From contig CM035362.1 in the NCBI GenBank assembly GCA_020137815.1, forward strand, positions 3,596,001 through 3,660,000: a stretch of DNA of 64,000 bases. Direction: 5' to 3'. The position numbers and the translations under genes were made by a program. The notes beneath the pieces are model-generated. The model made no database searches, was not told the origin of the DNA, and saw only the letters and a list, made by a program, of their open reading frames with translations. Below are positions 63,201-64,000 of the stretch, piece by piece; the first letter of the stretch is position 1; each line of letters opens with the position of its first letter. The DNA is from Hormiphora californensis (taxonomy: Eukaryota; Animalia; Ctenophora).

Positions 63201-64000
63201 TTTAGCGTTTTTTCCCTTACAGATGGGGTGTACCCGATTTACTGTGGGTATCAGTCACCTCAAAACCCTTTAACCCCCCCGGTCCCGTAAGTCTATTTTG
63301 CCGGCAAAATGGAAGGTTTTCGGCAAAATGGATTCCATTCAGCGGACTTTTTGGGGTATTGATGTGACCTTGAAACTTTTGGGGTTGGGACAAACTGTTT
63401 TTTGAGTGTGAGGATCTGGGGGGATGAGGATGGTCCTGTTTTTGGGAAAATGTTTTGAAAATTTGAGTGTTCAAGGTGGTTTTGCACTTTTCCCAGTGAA
63501 GAAAAAGCGAAAGGGCTTGTAGACAAGGAAAATCAGGCATTTGAATAGAAAGGGGGGTAAACTTGATAAAAGTAAGGGAAAGGTTTATAAAAAGGGGGAA
63601 ATTTGGTGAGGGGTTGTTTAATTTGGGGGAAAAAAAAAAAACCCCTTGATATCAAGGGGCCCAAAAAAGTGGAGGGAAGGGTGTGGGGGCTTCAAGGAAA
63701 ACCCCAAGTACTTTTTTCCCCCGTTAAAAAAAAATCCAAGGTTTTAAAAACCCCAGTTGCCCCTTTAGCGTGCGGGGGTTCCTTAAAATGTGGACCCCCC
63801 GGGAAGGTAAAAACCCAAAAAAACCCGTTTTTGGGCCCTCTTCAGCAAACCGGCGACGGGGTATTTATCCCTCTGTGGCAAGGGGGGAAAAATTTTAGGA
63901 CCTTTGGGGAGATTTCCCGAGACCATTTGGGTTTTTCACGGAATTGGGAAATTTTTCCCCCCGAGTGGGACTAGAGGAGCTTAAAACCCCTTTTTGGGCC
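54300..64000. other. Low-accuracy, homopolymer-inflated sequence
   Basis: Known MITE copies here carry many expanded A/T/G/C runs compared with upstream copies; ORFs are K/F/P/G-rich nonsense. Confidence 0.85.
56290..56343 (-). CDS. Candidate CBS1 exon of the AMPK-gamma-like gene
   Basis: AG..GT-bounded 54-nt segment reads DIEEAPLFDSTTCKIVGI, resembling GVRAAPLWDSKKQSFVGM of PRKAG CBS1; it lies in the low-quality region. Confidence 0.5.

Noticed and set aside
54735-63974. Numerous K/F/P/G-rich ORFs
   Set aside because: Products of homopolymer-inflated low-quality sequence.

Overview
Gene-dense, intron-rich animal genomic DNA. The ~109-bp CAGGAACCGACCGAA MITE and the intron style suggest a ctenophore such as Pleurobrachia; this is an inference and is not verified. 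I assembled the spliced genes by hand because the ORF track largely misses them. In order: the 3' part of POLD3 (+, ends in a PIP box); a divergent PR/SET-like plus single C2H2-finger gene (+) with a 5'-truncated RTE LINE in an intron; a divergent cytochrome b561 gene (-) that appears to lack a cytosolic-heme histidine and has four different minisatellites in four of its introns; a ~21-kb TRIP12-type ARM-WWE-HECT E3 ligase (-) hosting a same-strand, intronless Ly6/three-finger GPI-protein gene; a triple-nested stack of non-autonomous DNA transposons; and a divergent AMPK-gamma-like CBS protein (-). Several MITE families are present, including poly-G-ended elements with 10-bp periodic subterminal arrays. 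A perfect 110-bp hairpin lies at ~54.0-54.3 kb. Beyond it the sequence is homopolymer-inflated and looks like unpolished long-read consensus, so little can be called there. Isolated frameshifts elsewhere are probably consensus errors too.
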